Source: Bacteroidota bacterium
GTDB lineage: Bacteria; Bacteroidota; Bacteroidia; Flavobacteriales_F; PHOS-HE28
Assembly (NCBI GenBank): GCA_963169535.1
Contig: CAUJED010000118.1
Coordinates: 22,834 to 86,833 of the forward strand
DNA length: 64,000 nt
Direction of reading: 5' to 3'
Position numbers and translations under genes: made by a program. Of this stretch, positions 10,248 to 20,725 are shown one piece after another (positions within the stretch are counted from its first letter, which is position 1; each line of letters begins with the position of its first letter). The notes under the pieces were generated by a model that did not search any database, was not told the DNA's origin, and worked only from the letters and a program-made list of their open reading frames with translations.

Positions 10248-10560
10248 TACCGATCCGCACGAAGGACCTGTTCGGGATCCCCTCGAACTCGCCCCGGTCT
10301 CAACTTCGCCCATGCTTCGCTACGGATCGTTCACGTAGACACCGCGACGCGATGCTTTGGGGGCTGTACCAGATCGAAAAAAACAGCCTCGGGTTCCTTC
10401 GTTCAAGCGACCCCGGACAAGCTCTCACGATCCACGCGATCCTTCTCCGCATGCCTTCGTCGGGACAGGGATCCCATACGCGCCACTGCCCGCCAATACG
10501 CCGATCGTATCCGAGCGATGAACGCTCCCAGGTCCTCCTGCAAGGGATCCCGAACCGGGG

Positions 10561-11460
10561 CTATGGCTTCGCCGACCGCTCCTTCTTCAGGGCGTACCGT
10601 ACCAGTACCGGGGATCGGCCCTTGCCCTCGCTGCTCAGCCACATGGCGCCATCGGGGGTGAAGGTGATGCCTTCGGCCTTGGGGAGCAACTTGGGATCGA
10701 GGAATACCAGGTCAACCAGGCTGCCGCTGCGATCCACCACGAGCAAGGTGCGATCCACCGCGGAGAGCAGGTAATAGTGCCCATTGGTCGGATCCACGGC
10801 CACCGAACTGTACCGCAGCTTCAAGGCGGACTTCGCCTTGCCCTTGCCCTTCGTATCCTTCGGCACTTCGATGCCCAGTGCCTCGGCCTCCCGTTCCAAT
10901 CGGTCCAGGGAAAGGCGCAAGGCCGCTCGTGGCGCCATCGCCGTGGCATGAGGATCGATGGCATGGATCAAGCGTTCGTCCTTACCCGCTTTAGAGCCCT
11001 TCTGGAGATCCTTGGGAGAGACCAACACCATGCCCGAGCGATCGTCGTAGCCGAGCCCTTCGATGTTCCGGTTGGGGATGGCCAGTCGGAACGTATCGCG
11101 CACCGCCATACCGGAGGCCCGATCGCCGAGGCGGTACACGAGGCCATCGCTGCGCAAGGCGAAGAACTCGTTCCCGACCCTGGTGAGCCCTTCCATATCG
11201 GCCGGTCCGGCGAACGCGACACTATCCAGAATGCGCCCGGTTCGGGTGGAGAGGAAATAGATGCTCGCGGACTCATCGTGCACGCAAGCGATGGTCTCGG
11301 CATCCACATCGGTGAGGGCGGAGATCTCGTTGAGCTGGCTCGGCAGCTCGAACACCTGTGCGGGGTCCCGCATGTCGTACGGAATGGCTTTGCCAGGCGA
11401 GCCCTTCTGGGCCGCAGCACAAGCGGAAACGAGCATGAGGAAGGGCAGCAGTGTGCGCAT
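10561..11460 (-). CDS. SdiA-regulated domain-containing (beta-propeller/phytase-like) secreted protein
   Basis: Signal peptide (MRTLLPFLMLVSACAAAQ). Recognisable segments are ELPSQLNEISALTDVD and ACVHDESASIYFL. The start is at an internal Met of the tracked ORF. Confidence 0.45.
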   Translation of the reverse strand: MRTLLPFLMLVSACAAAQKGSPGKAIPYDMRDPAQVFELPSQLNEISALTDVDAETIACVHDESASIYFLSTRTGRILDSVAFAGPADMEGLTRVGNEFFALRSDGLVYRLGDRASGMAVRDTFRLAIPNRNIEGLGYDDRSGMVLVSPKDLQKGSKAGKDERLIHAIDPHATAMAPRAALRLSLDRLEREAEALGIEVPKDTKGKGKAKSALKLRYSSVAVDPTNGHYYLLSAVDRTLLVVDRSGSLVDLVFLDPKLLPKAEGITFTPDGAMWLSSEGKGRSPVLVRYALKKERSAKP

Positions 11461-11585
11461 GGGACAAAGGAAAGGCCGAATGTCCCGACCAGCCACCACC
11501 GGAAGCACAGCGGGCACCATGGGAGTCCGGCACCGCCACTTGTGGGTACGAGACCCGGTTGCTTTCTTCGTGGCACACCACCTGC

Positions 11586-12908
11586 ATGGCACAAGACACT
11601 TCCCGCCTGGGCGGGATCTTCCCGGGGCGTTCCTGGCTACTGGTCACCGTTGCGGCCTTGGGCTACTTCGTGGACATCTACGACCTGGTGTTGTTCAACG
11701 TGGTGAAACGTGAGAGCCTGGAATTCATCCTTGGCGCGGGCCATCCGGACATCAAGGACCGGGGCATCGACTTGTTCAACATCCAGATGTTGGGCATGTT
11801 GGTGGGAGGGATCCTCTGGGGCATCTGGGGCGACAAGCGGGGGCGGATCACGGTGCTCTTCGGCAGCATCCTGCTCTATTCGGCGGCCAACATCGTCAAT
11901 GCCTTCACCTTCGACCTCACCACCTACGCCATCGTCCGGTTCATCGCGGGGGTGGGCCTGGCCGGCGAGTTGGGGGCGGGCATCACACTGATCACCGAGA
12001 CGCTTCCGCGCGAGAAACGCGGGTACGGCACCATGGTGGTGGTCACCTTCGGGGCGTTGGGGGCGGTGTTCGCGGCGGAGATCGCGGACCACGGTGCATG
12101 GTTCGGGCAGCTGTGGGCCAACCTCACCGGGCGAACCCTGATGAACTGGCAGGTGACCTACTTGGTCGGCGGGCTGATGGGGCTGGTACTGCTGGTGCTG
12201 CGTGTGGGCACCTTCGAAAGCGGCTTGTTCAAGAACGTGCAGCACAGCGCGGTGAAGAAGGGCGACCTGCTGATGCTCTTCAACGACCGTGCGCGTTTCC
12301 TACGCTACCTCAGTTGCATCCTGATCGGTGTACCGGTGTGGTACGTGATCGGGGTATTGGTGAGCCTTTCGCAGGATGTGTTCGTACCTGAGCTGGGCAT
12401 CGACATCAGTTCATTGGACGAGGCCGGCCGCAAGCACATCAACGGACAGGCCATCAAGTATGCGTACATCGGCCTGAGCATCGGGGATCTCCTCAGCGGC
12501 ATCCTGAGCCAGGTCATGCGGAGCCGCAAGCGGGTCATCCTGATCTACCTCGTGGCCAACCTGGCACTCACGCTGGTGTTCTTGTTCGGCATGCGGGGTG
12601 CGCACATCGAGGCGTACAATTGGCTGTGCTTGGCGTTGGGCACGGCCACGGGCTACTGGGTCATCTTCGTCACCGTGGCCAGCGAGCAGTTCGGCACCAA
12701 CATCCGGAGCACGGTGGCCACCACCACGCCCAACTTCGTTCGGGGGGCCGTGCTGCCCATCACCAACGCCTTCAAATTCATCGCCGTGCCCGCAGGCACC
12801 ATCACAGGCGCTTTGGTGGTGGGGCTGGTGTGCATCGGTGCCGCCTTCTGGGCCACCTCGCGGATCCAGGAGACGTTCCACCGCGACATGGACTTCGTGG
12901 AACGATAA
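11586..12908 (+). CDS. MFS transporter
   Basis: About 440 aa, 12 predicted TM helices and an MFS signature loop (GDKRGRITVLF). Confidence 0.7.
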   Translation: MAQDTSRLGGIFPGRSWLLVTVAALGYFVDIYDLVLFNVVKRESLEFILGAGHPDIKDRGIDLFNIQMLGMLVGGILWGIWGDKRGRITVLFGSILLYSAANIVNAFTFDLTTYAIVRFIAGVGLAGELGAGITLITETLPREKRGYGTMVVVTFGALGAVFAAEIADHGAWFGQLWANLTGRTLMNWQVTYLVGGLMGLVLLVLRVGTFESGLFKNVQHSAVKKGDLLMLFNDRARFLRYLSCILIGVPVWYVIGVLVSLSQDVFVPELGIDISSLDEAGRKHINGQAIKYAYIGLSIGDLLSGILSQVMRSRKRVILIYLVANLALTLVFLFGMRGAHIEAYNWLCLALGTATGYWVIFVTVASEQFGTNIRSTVATTTPNFVRGAVLPITNAFKFIAVPAGTITGALVVGLVCIGAAFWATSRIQETFHRDMDFVER

Positions 12909-12917
12909 GCCCAGGAC

Positions 12918-15263
12918 ATGGCCCCCGGCTGGATCATCGCCCCTGCGCTTGTGCCCCGTGGTGATCGTCCCGGCCACGACCATGGGTGGGCCTTGGGCAT
13001 CACGGCCCTGTACGTGATCGCGGCCTTGATCCATGGCCTGCTGAGCCAGGCGCCTTGGGACGACGACTGTATCGTACGGTACTTCCACTGTCGCGAGGCC
13101 TGGCAACGGCCCGAGTACTTCTTCAGCGTCTGGGACCGACCGTTGTTCGTGGCCCTCTTCGCGCCCACCGCGGTGCTGGGCCGTACGGTGATGATGGTGC
13201 AGATGGTGGCCATCGGCGCCTTTTCCGGATGGTCGCTCTACCGCGCCCTGCAGCTCCTGGGTTGGAAAGACGCCTACCGGGTCCTCCCCTTCTTCTACTT
13301 CCAGACCTACTACTTCAGCCTATCGCGGAACTTCGTCACCGAGCCACTGGGGGTCGGTGTGATCTGCCTGGGGTTGCTGGCCTTGGTGCGCGAACGCTAC
13401 GGCCTGTTCGCCCTGCTGGGCGGCCTGCTCCCCTTGGCACGTTTGGAGTTGGCGCTGATCCTGCCCTTGTGGGCCCTGGTGTTGGTGATGCAGCGGCGTT
13501 GGCGGGCCATGGTCTGGTTGGTGCTGCCCACCTTGGTCCTGCTGGTGCTCGGGTACCTCGTGCGCCGTCCCTTCGATCCGTTCTGGCTCCTCACGGACAC
13601 CTTCGGCAATGTCGGTGAGAACCGCTATGGTCATCGCGACCCGTGGCACTACTTCCAACGCAGCGCCTATGTGGTGGGTCCGGTGGTGTTCCTTTTCCTG
13701 GTGATCGGGTTGGTGGAACGGGTGGCCCGTCGGCGCATCGACCTGTTCATCCTGTTGCAAGGGGCGGCCATCCTGTTGGTGTACGTCGTTTTCTCGTGGA
13801 AGCTGGACCTGGGCAACGCCGCGGGTTTCTTGCGGAACCTGATCCCCCTCACCCCGCTCATCGCCGTGGTCGCGTACGAAGGGTGCATGGTGTGGATGAG
13901 CACCCTGGATGATACCGATGGCTCCACGGCCGAGCCCACCACCACCGCTGGGAGCCTGGCGCACCTGCGCCCCCATCTCGCGGGACTTGGGGCCGTGGTG
14001 CTCTTGTGGCACTACTTCGGCACCACGATCGCCGACCACCACCGGATCACCGACACCCCCGACCATGGACCGGCATACGTCGCCCTGGCCGCGACGCTCG
14101 TTGGGCTGGTGTTGTTCATCCGGCGGCAACGGCGGAAGCCGGCACGTTGGGCCAGTGCGGCCGCGGCTACGCTGGTCGCCGCACTGGCCGTGGGCTTCAC
14201 GCTCCACACCGAAAGACCCGATGCCCACCTGAACGACGAACGCCGCGCCATCGCCGAGGTGAGCGACCTGTACCGGACAAGCCCGCTGCGCGCGATGCCC
14301 TTGTTGTGCAACCATCCCTGGTTCTTCTGGACCCTGGACCTGCGCCCCGAACAGGAGCCGCACACCCGACCGCTTACCCTGGCCACCGTGGACCGCGCAC
14401 CGATCCATGCCGTGCTCCTGTGGGAGAACCACTACGGGAACCGGTTGCGTGGCGATGTTCCGTTGGACGCCCTGTACGCACGACGAGACCTGGTCGAGGT
14501 GATGCACGTGATCGGCCGCGACCACCGGACCACCGTGGGGTTGTTCCAGAAAGTGGACCCCACGGCCCAGGACCACGCCGCGTTGATCGCTCGGAACAGG
14601 GCCATCTACCCGGGCAACGTGTATGTTCTACTGGCCGAGCACCTTCATCGCATGCGCCTTGGCGACCACCCTGGAGCCCTGTCCACGGCGCAGGACATGG
14701 TGAAAGCGGACAGCACGTATGCCGAGGCCTGGGTGGCGTTGGGTGGGGCGTACACGGCGATCGGGCGCCATCGTGAGGCCATCGCCGCATACCAACGTGC
14801 GTACGACCTGGCCCCTACGTTGGTGGGCATGCACTACCAAATCGGTCTGGCCCGGTACAAGCTGCACGACTTCACTGGTGCGATCGCGAGCCTGAAGGCG
14901 TACATCGCCCGGGAACGCCGGGTGAAGGAAGCCTACGAGGTGCTGGGGAGCGCCTACTTCGACCTGATGCGCTTCGATGCCTCCGCGGCCATGTTCAGCA
15001 ACGTGATCGAGCTGGCCCCCACGTCGCCCAGCGGATGGCTGAGCCGGGGCAACGCCCACCTGCGCGCCGGCAGGGTGGACATGGCCCTGGACGACTACGA
15101 CCGGGTGCTTCGCCTCGTACCGGACCACCGCACCGCCAAATTCTATAAGGCCATGGCCCTGATCCAGCTCGGGCGGAAAGGGGAAGGATGCACGATCCTG
15201 AACGATATGGCCCAGGCCGACGACCCCGCGATCGCCCAGGCCATCGCCACGTGGTGCCCTTGA
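12918..15263 (+). CDS. Polytopic membrane protein fused to C-terminal TPR repeats (possible GT-C/PMT-like fold)
   Basis: The N-terminal ~450 aa are strongly hydrophobic with multiple TM helices. The C-terminal ~250 aa carry 5-6 TPR-like units (AEAWVALGGAYTAIGRHREAIAAYQRAYDLAP..., YKAMALIQLGRKGEG). Confidence 0.55.
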   Translation: MAPGWIIAPALVPRGDRPGHDHGWALGITALYVIAALIHGLLSQAPWDDDCIVRYFHCREAWQRPEYFFSVWDRPLFVALFAPTAVLGRTVMMVQMVAIGAFSGWSLYRALQLLGWKDAYRVLPFFYFQTYYFSLSRNFVTEPLGVGVICLGLLALVRERYGLFALLGGLLPLARLELALILPLWALVLVMQRRWRAMVWLVLPTLVLLVLGYLVRRPFDPFWLLTDTFGNVGENRYGHRDPWHYFQRSAYVVGPVVFLFLVIGLVERVARRRIDLFILLQGAAILLVYVVFSWKLDLGNAAGFLRNLIPLTPLIAVVAYEGCMVWMSTLDDTDGSTAEPTTTAGSLAHLRPHLAGLGAVVLLWHYFGTTIADHHRITDTPDHGPAYVALAATLVGLVLFIRRQRRKPARWASAAAATLVAALAVGFTLHTERPDAHLNDERRAIAEVSDLYRTSPLRAMPLLCNHPWFFWTLDLRPEQEPHTRPLTLATVDRAPIHAVLLWENHYGNRLRGDVPLDALYARRDLVEVMHVIGRDHRTTVGLFQKVDPTAQDHAALIARNRAIYPGNVYVLLAEHLHRMRLGDHPGALSTAQDMVKADSTYAEAWVALGGAYTAIGRHREAIAAYQRAYDLAPTLVGMHYQIGLARYKLHDFTGAIASLKAYIARERRVKEAYEVLGSAYFDLMRFDASAAMFSNVIELAPTSPSGWLSRGNAHLRAGRVDMALDDYDRVLRLVPDHRTAKFYKAMALIQLGRKGEGCTILNDMAQADDPAIAQAIATWCP

Positions 15264-15355
15264 CCCGAGAGACGGGACATGGCCGAACAAGGTCCAGAAC
15301 CCCGGGATCGCCGGCTACCGATCGAGTACGGAGCATCGGGTTCTAACTTGCCGCC

Positions 15356-17407
15356 ATGCCGGTGACCGAACTACGCACGGTGTTGGAGGAGATCGCAGCC
15401 TATGATGGGCAGGAGGTGGACCTGCTGGCTCGGCTGGTGCGTGCCATCAGGCCCACGAAGGACGAACAGGAGCGCGCGTTGGCGCCAGGGTTCGCCCGCC
15501 TGTTGGCGTTGTTGGAAACGGATGCAGCGCTTCGTGCGGGGCTCTCAGCATACGTGCATCGGTTGATCTCCTGGAAACGCCTGAACCGTGCCCTGGTGGA
15601 CCCCGGGATGGTGAGCGGCGACTTCTGGCACGAACTGCGCGAACGCCTCAACTACAAGCTGCTGCCCTTCCAACCCGATCCCGGCACCATAGATCATGTG
15701 CTGGTGAACGTGTTCTTCAAGGAACGCGATGGCGACTGGGTGCGGGCGTTGGACCAAGGCGAGTGCGTACGCCTGCTCTCGTTGCTGGACGGCCGCAGCC
15801 TGCACGACCTGCCGATGGGTTCCTTCACCATGAAGGAGCTGCTCTTCGCCATCAAGGTGATCGGCCTGCGGATCGCCGGGCGTGCGTTCGACAGCCGGGT
15901 GCTGCGCATGGTGCCCGAGCACGAGAACCTCGCCAACCCCTTCGTGCTGCTGGGCGACGAGCTGGACCGCTACATCGCCGGGCTGAATGATGGAACCGTG
16001 GCGCGCGGCACCGCCGACCCTGTTCGCCTCCGGATCGGTGAGCTGATGGACCAGTGCCACGCCATGATCGGCCAGGCCTACGACAATAGTGCGGTACATG
16101 GCATCGGGTTCCGGGTGAACCAGAACCTGATGGCGTTGCAACGCATGCTGGAGCGGCTGGAGCTGATCCTCGACGCCATCGTGGTGGACCCGCGTGTCGA
16201 TGGTCGTTCGTCGACCGTGGACCTGATCAAGAACATGGTGGCGTTCAACACGGGTCGCACGCACATCAAGGGCTTCATAGACCGAAGCACCCAGGTGGTG
16301 GCACGGGAGATCTCGGCCCACGCGGGGCGCACCGGTGAGCACTACATCACCACCACCGGGCGCGAATACCTGGCCATGTTGCGCTCGGCGTTGGGCGGAG
16401 GGGCCATCGTGGCCTTCGCGTGCATCCTGAAGACGTGGTACGGCACCTTCGACGTGAGTCTCTTCACACGGGCCTTCCTGTACAGCATGAACTATGCGAT
16501 GGCCTTCATCGCGATCTACCTGACCCACTGCACCCTGGCCACCAAGCAGCCCGCCATGACCGCCGCCACCATCGCTGCCACGCTGGACGATGGGCAGAGC
16601 GCACGCGGCGCCGAACGCTACAACGAACTGGCCGCGTTGCTGGCCCGTGTATGGCGTTCGCAGTTCATCGCTTTCGTGGGAAACGTATTCATGGCCTTCC
16701 CCGTGGCGGTGGGTATCGCCTACGGCTGGGATCACTTCTTCGACCCCGACATGCTGGCGAACAAGTACCCCAAGATGATCCATGAGCTGAACCCCTTACG
16801 CTCCCCGGCCATCCTGCACGCGTCCATCGCCGGGGTGTTCCTCTTCATCAGTGGCCTTATCGCCGGGAATGTGAGCAACAAGATCATCCATGGTCGGATA
16901 CCGTACCGGATCGAACATCATCCCGTGTTGAAGCTCACCATTTCGGCTGCGAAACGAGAACGGCTGGCCGCGTACTACCAACGGAACGCTGCAGGCATCA
17001 TCAGCAACTTCTGGTTCGGCTGCTTCCTGGGGTCCATCAGTATCGTGGGCGTTTTCTTCGGTTTGCCCCTGGACATCCGTCACATCACCTTCACTGCGGG
17101 GAACCTGGGCTTGGCCATGGTGGGTGGTGGCTGGCACTTCGATGCCTGGACCATCGCGATATCGGTGCTGGGCATCGGGCTCGTCGGGCTGTTCAACTTC
17201 ATGGTGAGCTTCGGACTATCGCTGACCTTGGCGCTGCGGTCCAGGGGCATCGCCTTCTCGGAACTGATCCCCATCGTACGGGCGGTGTTCACCCATTTCA
17301 AGGCGCGGCCATGGGTGTTCTTCTTCCCGATCGGGGATAATGGCGAGCCGATCCGCGAAGCCGTGGCCGAACCGGTAACGGGCCAAGCGGAGGATCCGGT
17401 GCGTTAG
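15356..17407 (+). CDS. Large membrane protein resembling the misnamed 'site-specific recombinase' (Gcr-like, PF10136-type) family
   Basis: 683 aa with a soluble N-terminal ~330 aa followed by about 8 TM helices. The overall architecture and length recall the Neisseria Gcr-like family. From memory only. Confidence 0.4.
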   Translation: MPVTELRTVLEEIAAYDGQEVDLLARLVRAIRPTKDEQERALAPGFARLLALLETDAALRAGLSAYVHRLISWKRLNRALVDPGMVSGDFWHELRERLNYKLLPFQPDPGTIDHVLVNVFFKERDGDWVRALDQGECVRLLSLLDGRSLHDLPMGSFTMKELLFAIKVIGLRIAGRAFDSRVLRMVPEHENLANPFVLLGDELDRYIAGLNDGTVARGTADPVRLRIGELMDQCHAMIGQAYDNSAVHGIGFRVNQNLMALQRMLERLELILDAIVVDPRVDGRSSTVDLIKNMVAFNTGRTHIKGFIDRSTQVVAREISAHAGRTGEHYITTTGREYLAMLRSALGGGAIVAFACILKTWYGTFDVSLFTRAFLYSMNYAMAFIAIYLTHCTLATKQPAMTAATIAATLDDGQSARGAERYNELAALLARVWRSQFIAFVGNVFMAFPVAVGIAYGWDHFFDPDMLANKYPKMIHELNPLRSPAILHASIAGVFLFISGLIAGNVSNKIIHGRIPYRIEHHPVLKLTISAAKRERLAAYYQRNAAGIISNFWFGCFLGSISIVGVFFGLPLDIRHITFTAGNLGLAMVGGGWHFDAWTIAISVLGIGLVGLFNFMVSFGLSLTLALRSRGIAFSELIPIVRAVFTHFKARPWVFFFPIGDNGEPIREAVAEPVTGQAEDPVR

Positions 17408-17732
17408 GTCGGCAATGCACGCTGAGGTGTTGCGGCGCCCCATTCCCGTCGCGGCTGGAACGGAGCAGGACGGACGACCAGACCGTGGGAGTGCGGTGGT
17501 GAGCGGTGCTTGCGGGATGCTTCGTGAGCGGGCGTAGCGGCAGCTTGCCGAAGGCGAAGCGCAGGCTTGGCGCGAGCGAGGACGCGACCAACGGAAGCGA
17601 CCGGAGCCGCAGCCATGCCCGCTGAACCGAGGCAACTACAGCGAAGCACGCGGCCCGCGCGGTGGCCGGTGCGGGGCAAGGGACACGCCCACCTATTCCG
17701 TAACGCGTTCTCCGCGGTATAGGCGCCCCCCT

Positions 17733-19424
17733 TCAGAACTGGAAATAGATGAAGGGCACCATCCCTGCCGTGACGGTTTGGTACACCACGAAAACCACGG
17801 CCACGCATGCCAGCGCCATGGCCCAGAGCGGCAGTGCGGCGAACTTGGCGCGGTACCATTCCTTCGTGCGGGTGGGTAGCCAGTGCACCACGAAGCCGAG
17901 CAGCATCAGGGCGAACACACTGCGGAAGCCCCAGAGCACGTCGCCCGCCAGATGCCAACTGAAGGCATTGCCGATCCGGGAGAGCATGAGGTTGACCTGC
18001 TCCAAGGACGAGCCCCGGAACCAGAACCGGGTGAAGGTGATGAACGCGAAGGTGATCGCGATGGCCTGGAACCGCGCGAACCAGTGCGTGCTCTTGTTCC
18101 ACGGGCTGATGCGCGCCCAGCCCTTGTAGATCAGCAGGCCGATGCCATTGAGGCCGCCCCAGATCACGAACATCCAGCTGGCGCCGTGCCACAGCCCGCC
18201 GATCAGCATGGTGAGCATGAGGTTGATGTTGGTGGTGATCATGTTACGGAACGGTGGCCAGAAGTAGGCGGTGAGCCACATCGCGGCGCCGATGATCAGG
18301 AACACGAACGGCAGCATAAGGTTGCCGGTGAGCAGCACGAGCACGGCGAGCACCACGCCCGTCATGATCCACGAGAACAAGGAGCCGCCCCGGTTGCCGC
18401 CCATGGGGATGTAGAGGTAGTCGCGGAGCCAGGTGCTGAGGCTGATGTGCCAGCGTTTCCAGAACTCGCCCGTGCTGCGCGCCTTGTAGGGGCTATCGAA
18501 GTTGGCGGGCAGGGTGTAGCCCAGCAGCAGTGCGAGGCCGATGGCGATGTCGGTATAGCCGCTGAAATCGGCGTACACCTGCAAGGAGTAGCCCACGGCG
18601 GCCATGAGGTTCTCGAAGCCCGTGAAGCGCATGGGATCGGCGAACACCCGATCGATGAAGTTCACCGCGATGTAGTCGCCGATCAGCATCTTCTTCAGCA
18701 GGCCGTTGAGGATCCAGAACACGGCCATGCCGAACTGCGTGCGGGTAAGGCTGAACGGCTGCTCCATCTGCGGCAGGAACACCGATGCGCGGATGATCGG
18801 CCCCGCCACCAGTGCGGGGAAGAAGCTGACGTAGAAGGCGAAGTCGAGGATGGTGCGCACGGGCTTCACGTGGCCGCGGAACACATCCACCTGATAGCTG
18901 ATGCAATGGAAGGTGTAGAAGCTGATGCCCACCGGCAGCAGCACCTTGTTCTCGATGAAGTGCGCATCCCACGCGGCGTTGGCGATGCGGGCGAAGTAGT
19001 TCACCGCCTCGAACGAGGTGCCGAAGGTGGCGTTGATCGTATCCACCACGAAGTGCGCGTACTTGAAGTAGCACAGAAGCAACAGGTTCACCGTGATGCT
19101 GAGGGCCAGCAGCAGTTTCTTCCGCAGTTGGTCCGGTGTCGCAGCGCTCGCCCGCGCGATGAAATGGTCCATCACGATGCTGAAGGAGAGCAGCCCCACG
19201 AAGATGCCGCTGGTCTTCCAGTAGAAGAAGAGGCTGGCGAGCGTGAGCCAGCCGATGCGCAGGGGATGGCTCTTGTACACGAGGCCGAGCACGGCAAGCA
19301 CCACTGCGAAGAAGCCCCAGAAGAAGAAGCGGGTGAAGATGAGCGGCGAGGCCGGGTCGTAGTCGAACAGGCCTGCCCAGTCGAAGGTGCCGATGGCGGA
19401 GAGGAGCGAGAGGGCGGTGCTCAT
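17733..19424 (-). CDS. MBOAT family membrane-bound O-acyltransferase (AlgI/PatA/DltB-like)
   Basis: 563 aa, polytopic, with a conserved His-containing MBOAT core ([24 protein letters not shown]). 4-bp overlap with the upstream SGNH gene. Confidence 0.8.
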   Translation of the reverse strand: [563 protein letters not shown]

Positions 19425-20725
19425 CGTTCAGTTGCAGAGGACCTCACGTGCGCTCCATAGGCTTCCATCATCGCGGCGAAGAGCAGATCACCCAGGGCCA
19501 CATAGCCTGTTCGGGTCAGATGCACCAGATCCTTCTTCGCCAAGCCGGCCCGCTCCCAGGCCAGGATGGAATGCATGCCCCCCATGACACCGAAGGTGTC
19601 CCACACGGCACAACCATGCTTGGTGGCCAGGCGCAACATCACCTCGCGCACGGCGGCCCCGTTCTTGTTGGGGTACTTGCGCTTCACGTAACTGTCGGTG
19701 TTGGTGGTGAGCAGGATGGCCGCATGGGGCGCGGCTTCTTTGACCCGTGCGATCAGCTGTTCGTAGTTGCGCTCGTAGCGATCGGCGCTGAAATCGGGGT
19801 CGTGGGCATCGTTGATGCCGATGGAGAAGACCACCAGATCGGGCTTGATCACGGCGAGCTCGCGCACGAACCTTTGACAACGCAGCCAACTGGTGGTGCT
19901 GGCGCCATTGACCCCGTGGGCATGATAGAAGAAGCCCGGGTCGTCGCTTTCGAGGTCGATCCCGTACAGGGTGAACCGTCGCTGGTCCGATGCGGTCTTC
20001 TGGAACCGCAGGTACAAGGTGTCCATGTACCGGTCGTACTGGAACTCGGTGTGGCCCCGGGCAGGGTCGACGTTGGTCTCGATGTGCACCTTGGGGTCGT
20101 GGCTGTAGGCGACCACGGTGTAGGCGCTGTCCATGCCGTGGAAGACCTTCACCCGATTGAACTGGTAGCCGGCGTACACCTCGCCACGGAAGCTCACCTT
20201 CAGGGTAGTGAGCGTGTCGGTGGTGGTCACGGAATAGCCGCTGATCCCGAGCGCTGCGGTATCGGCGCGGGTCACGTTCTTCACGCTCGTCCACCGGCCG
20301 GTGTATTCCGGCAGGTACCAGTAGGGATTGTTGGTCTTGGCCATGTTGTAGGGGAAGATGGATCCCCGCCCCCCCTTCACGCCGGGCACCACGTTCTGCA
20401 ACCGGCTCCTCAGCTCCATGCTCCACATGTCCGCTTGCACGTGCGACCCCCCGAAATGCGCGATGTGCACCTGGCCTTGGCCCTCAAGGAGGAGCTCGTC
20501 CAGTTTGGCGTGGTAACGATCCCAGGCTGCATGCCCACCGGGGAACTGGAGTCCGTTGGATGCGGGATGCACCATGTTCAGCGCAGGAAGCCGCACGGGG
20601 TTCTCCTGAGCACGTGCGGGGGTGAGGATCACGGACATGCCCACCCACACCACCACGCTCCAGGCCGACCGATGTTTCCACCGGCCCAGGATGCTTCGTT
20701 GACCCTCACTGCTGTGCTTGACCAT
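19421..20725 (-). CDS. SGNH/GDSL hydrolase family protein (secreted)
   Basis: Signal peptide and GDSL block I (IAHFGGSHVQ). An SGNH-like C-terminal half contains DxxH (VFSIGINDAHDP). It overlaps the upstream paralogue by 20 nt. Confidence 0.65.
   Translation of the reverse strand: MVKHSSEGQRSILGRWKHRSAWSVVVWVGMSVILTPARAQENPVRLPALNMVHPASNGLQFPGGHAAWDRYHAKLDELLLEGQGQVHIAHFGGSHVQADMWSMELRSRLQNVVPGVKGGRGSIFPYNMAKTNNPYWYLPEYTGRWTSVKNVTRADTAALGISGYSVTTTDTLTTLKVSFRGEVYAGYQFNRVKVFHGMDSAYTVVAYSHDPKVHIETNVDPARGHTEFQYDRYMDTLYLRFQKTASDQRRFTLYGIDLESDDPGFFYHAHGVNGASTTSWLRCQRFVRELAVIKPDLVVFSIGINDAHDPDFSADRYERNYEQLIARVKEAAPHAAILLTTNTDSYVKRKYPNKNGAAVREVMLRLATKHGCAVWDTFGVMGGMHSILAWERAGLAKKDLVHLTRTGYVALGDLLFAAMMEAYGAHVRSSATER

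Noticed and set aside
10244-10774. 176-aa plus-strand ORF
   Set aside because: No start context, a Ser/Arg-rich translation, and partial overlap with the convergent SdiA-regulated-domain gene. The region is more likely a 314-bp intergenic spacer.
13320-14576. 418-aa minus-strand ORF
   Set aside because: It is antisense to the TPR-membrane protein gene, with no family resemblance. High-GC artefact.
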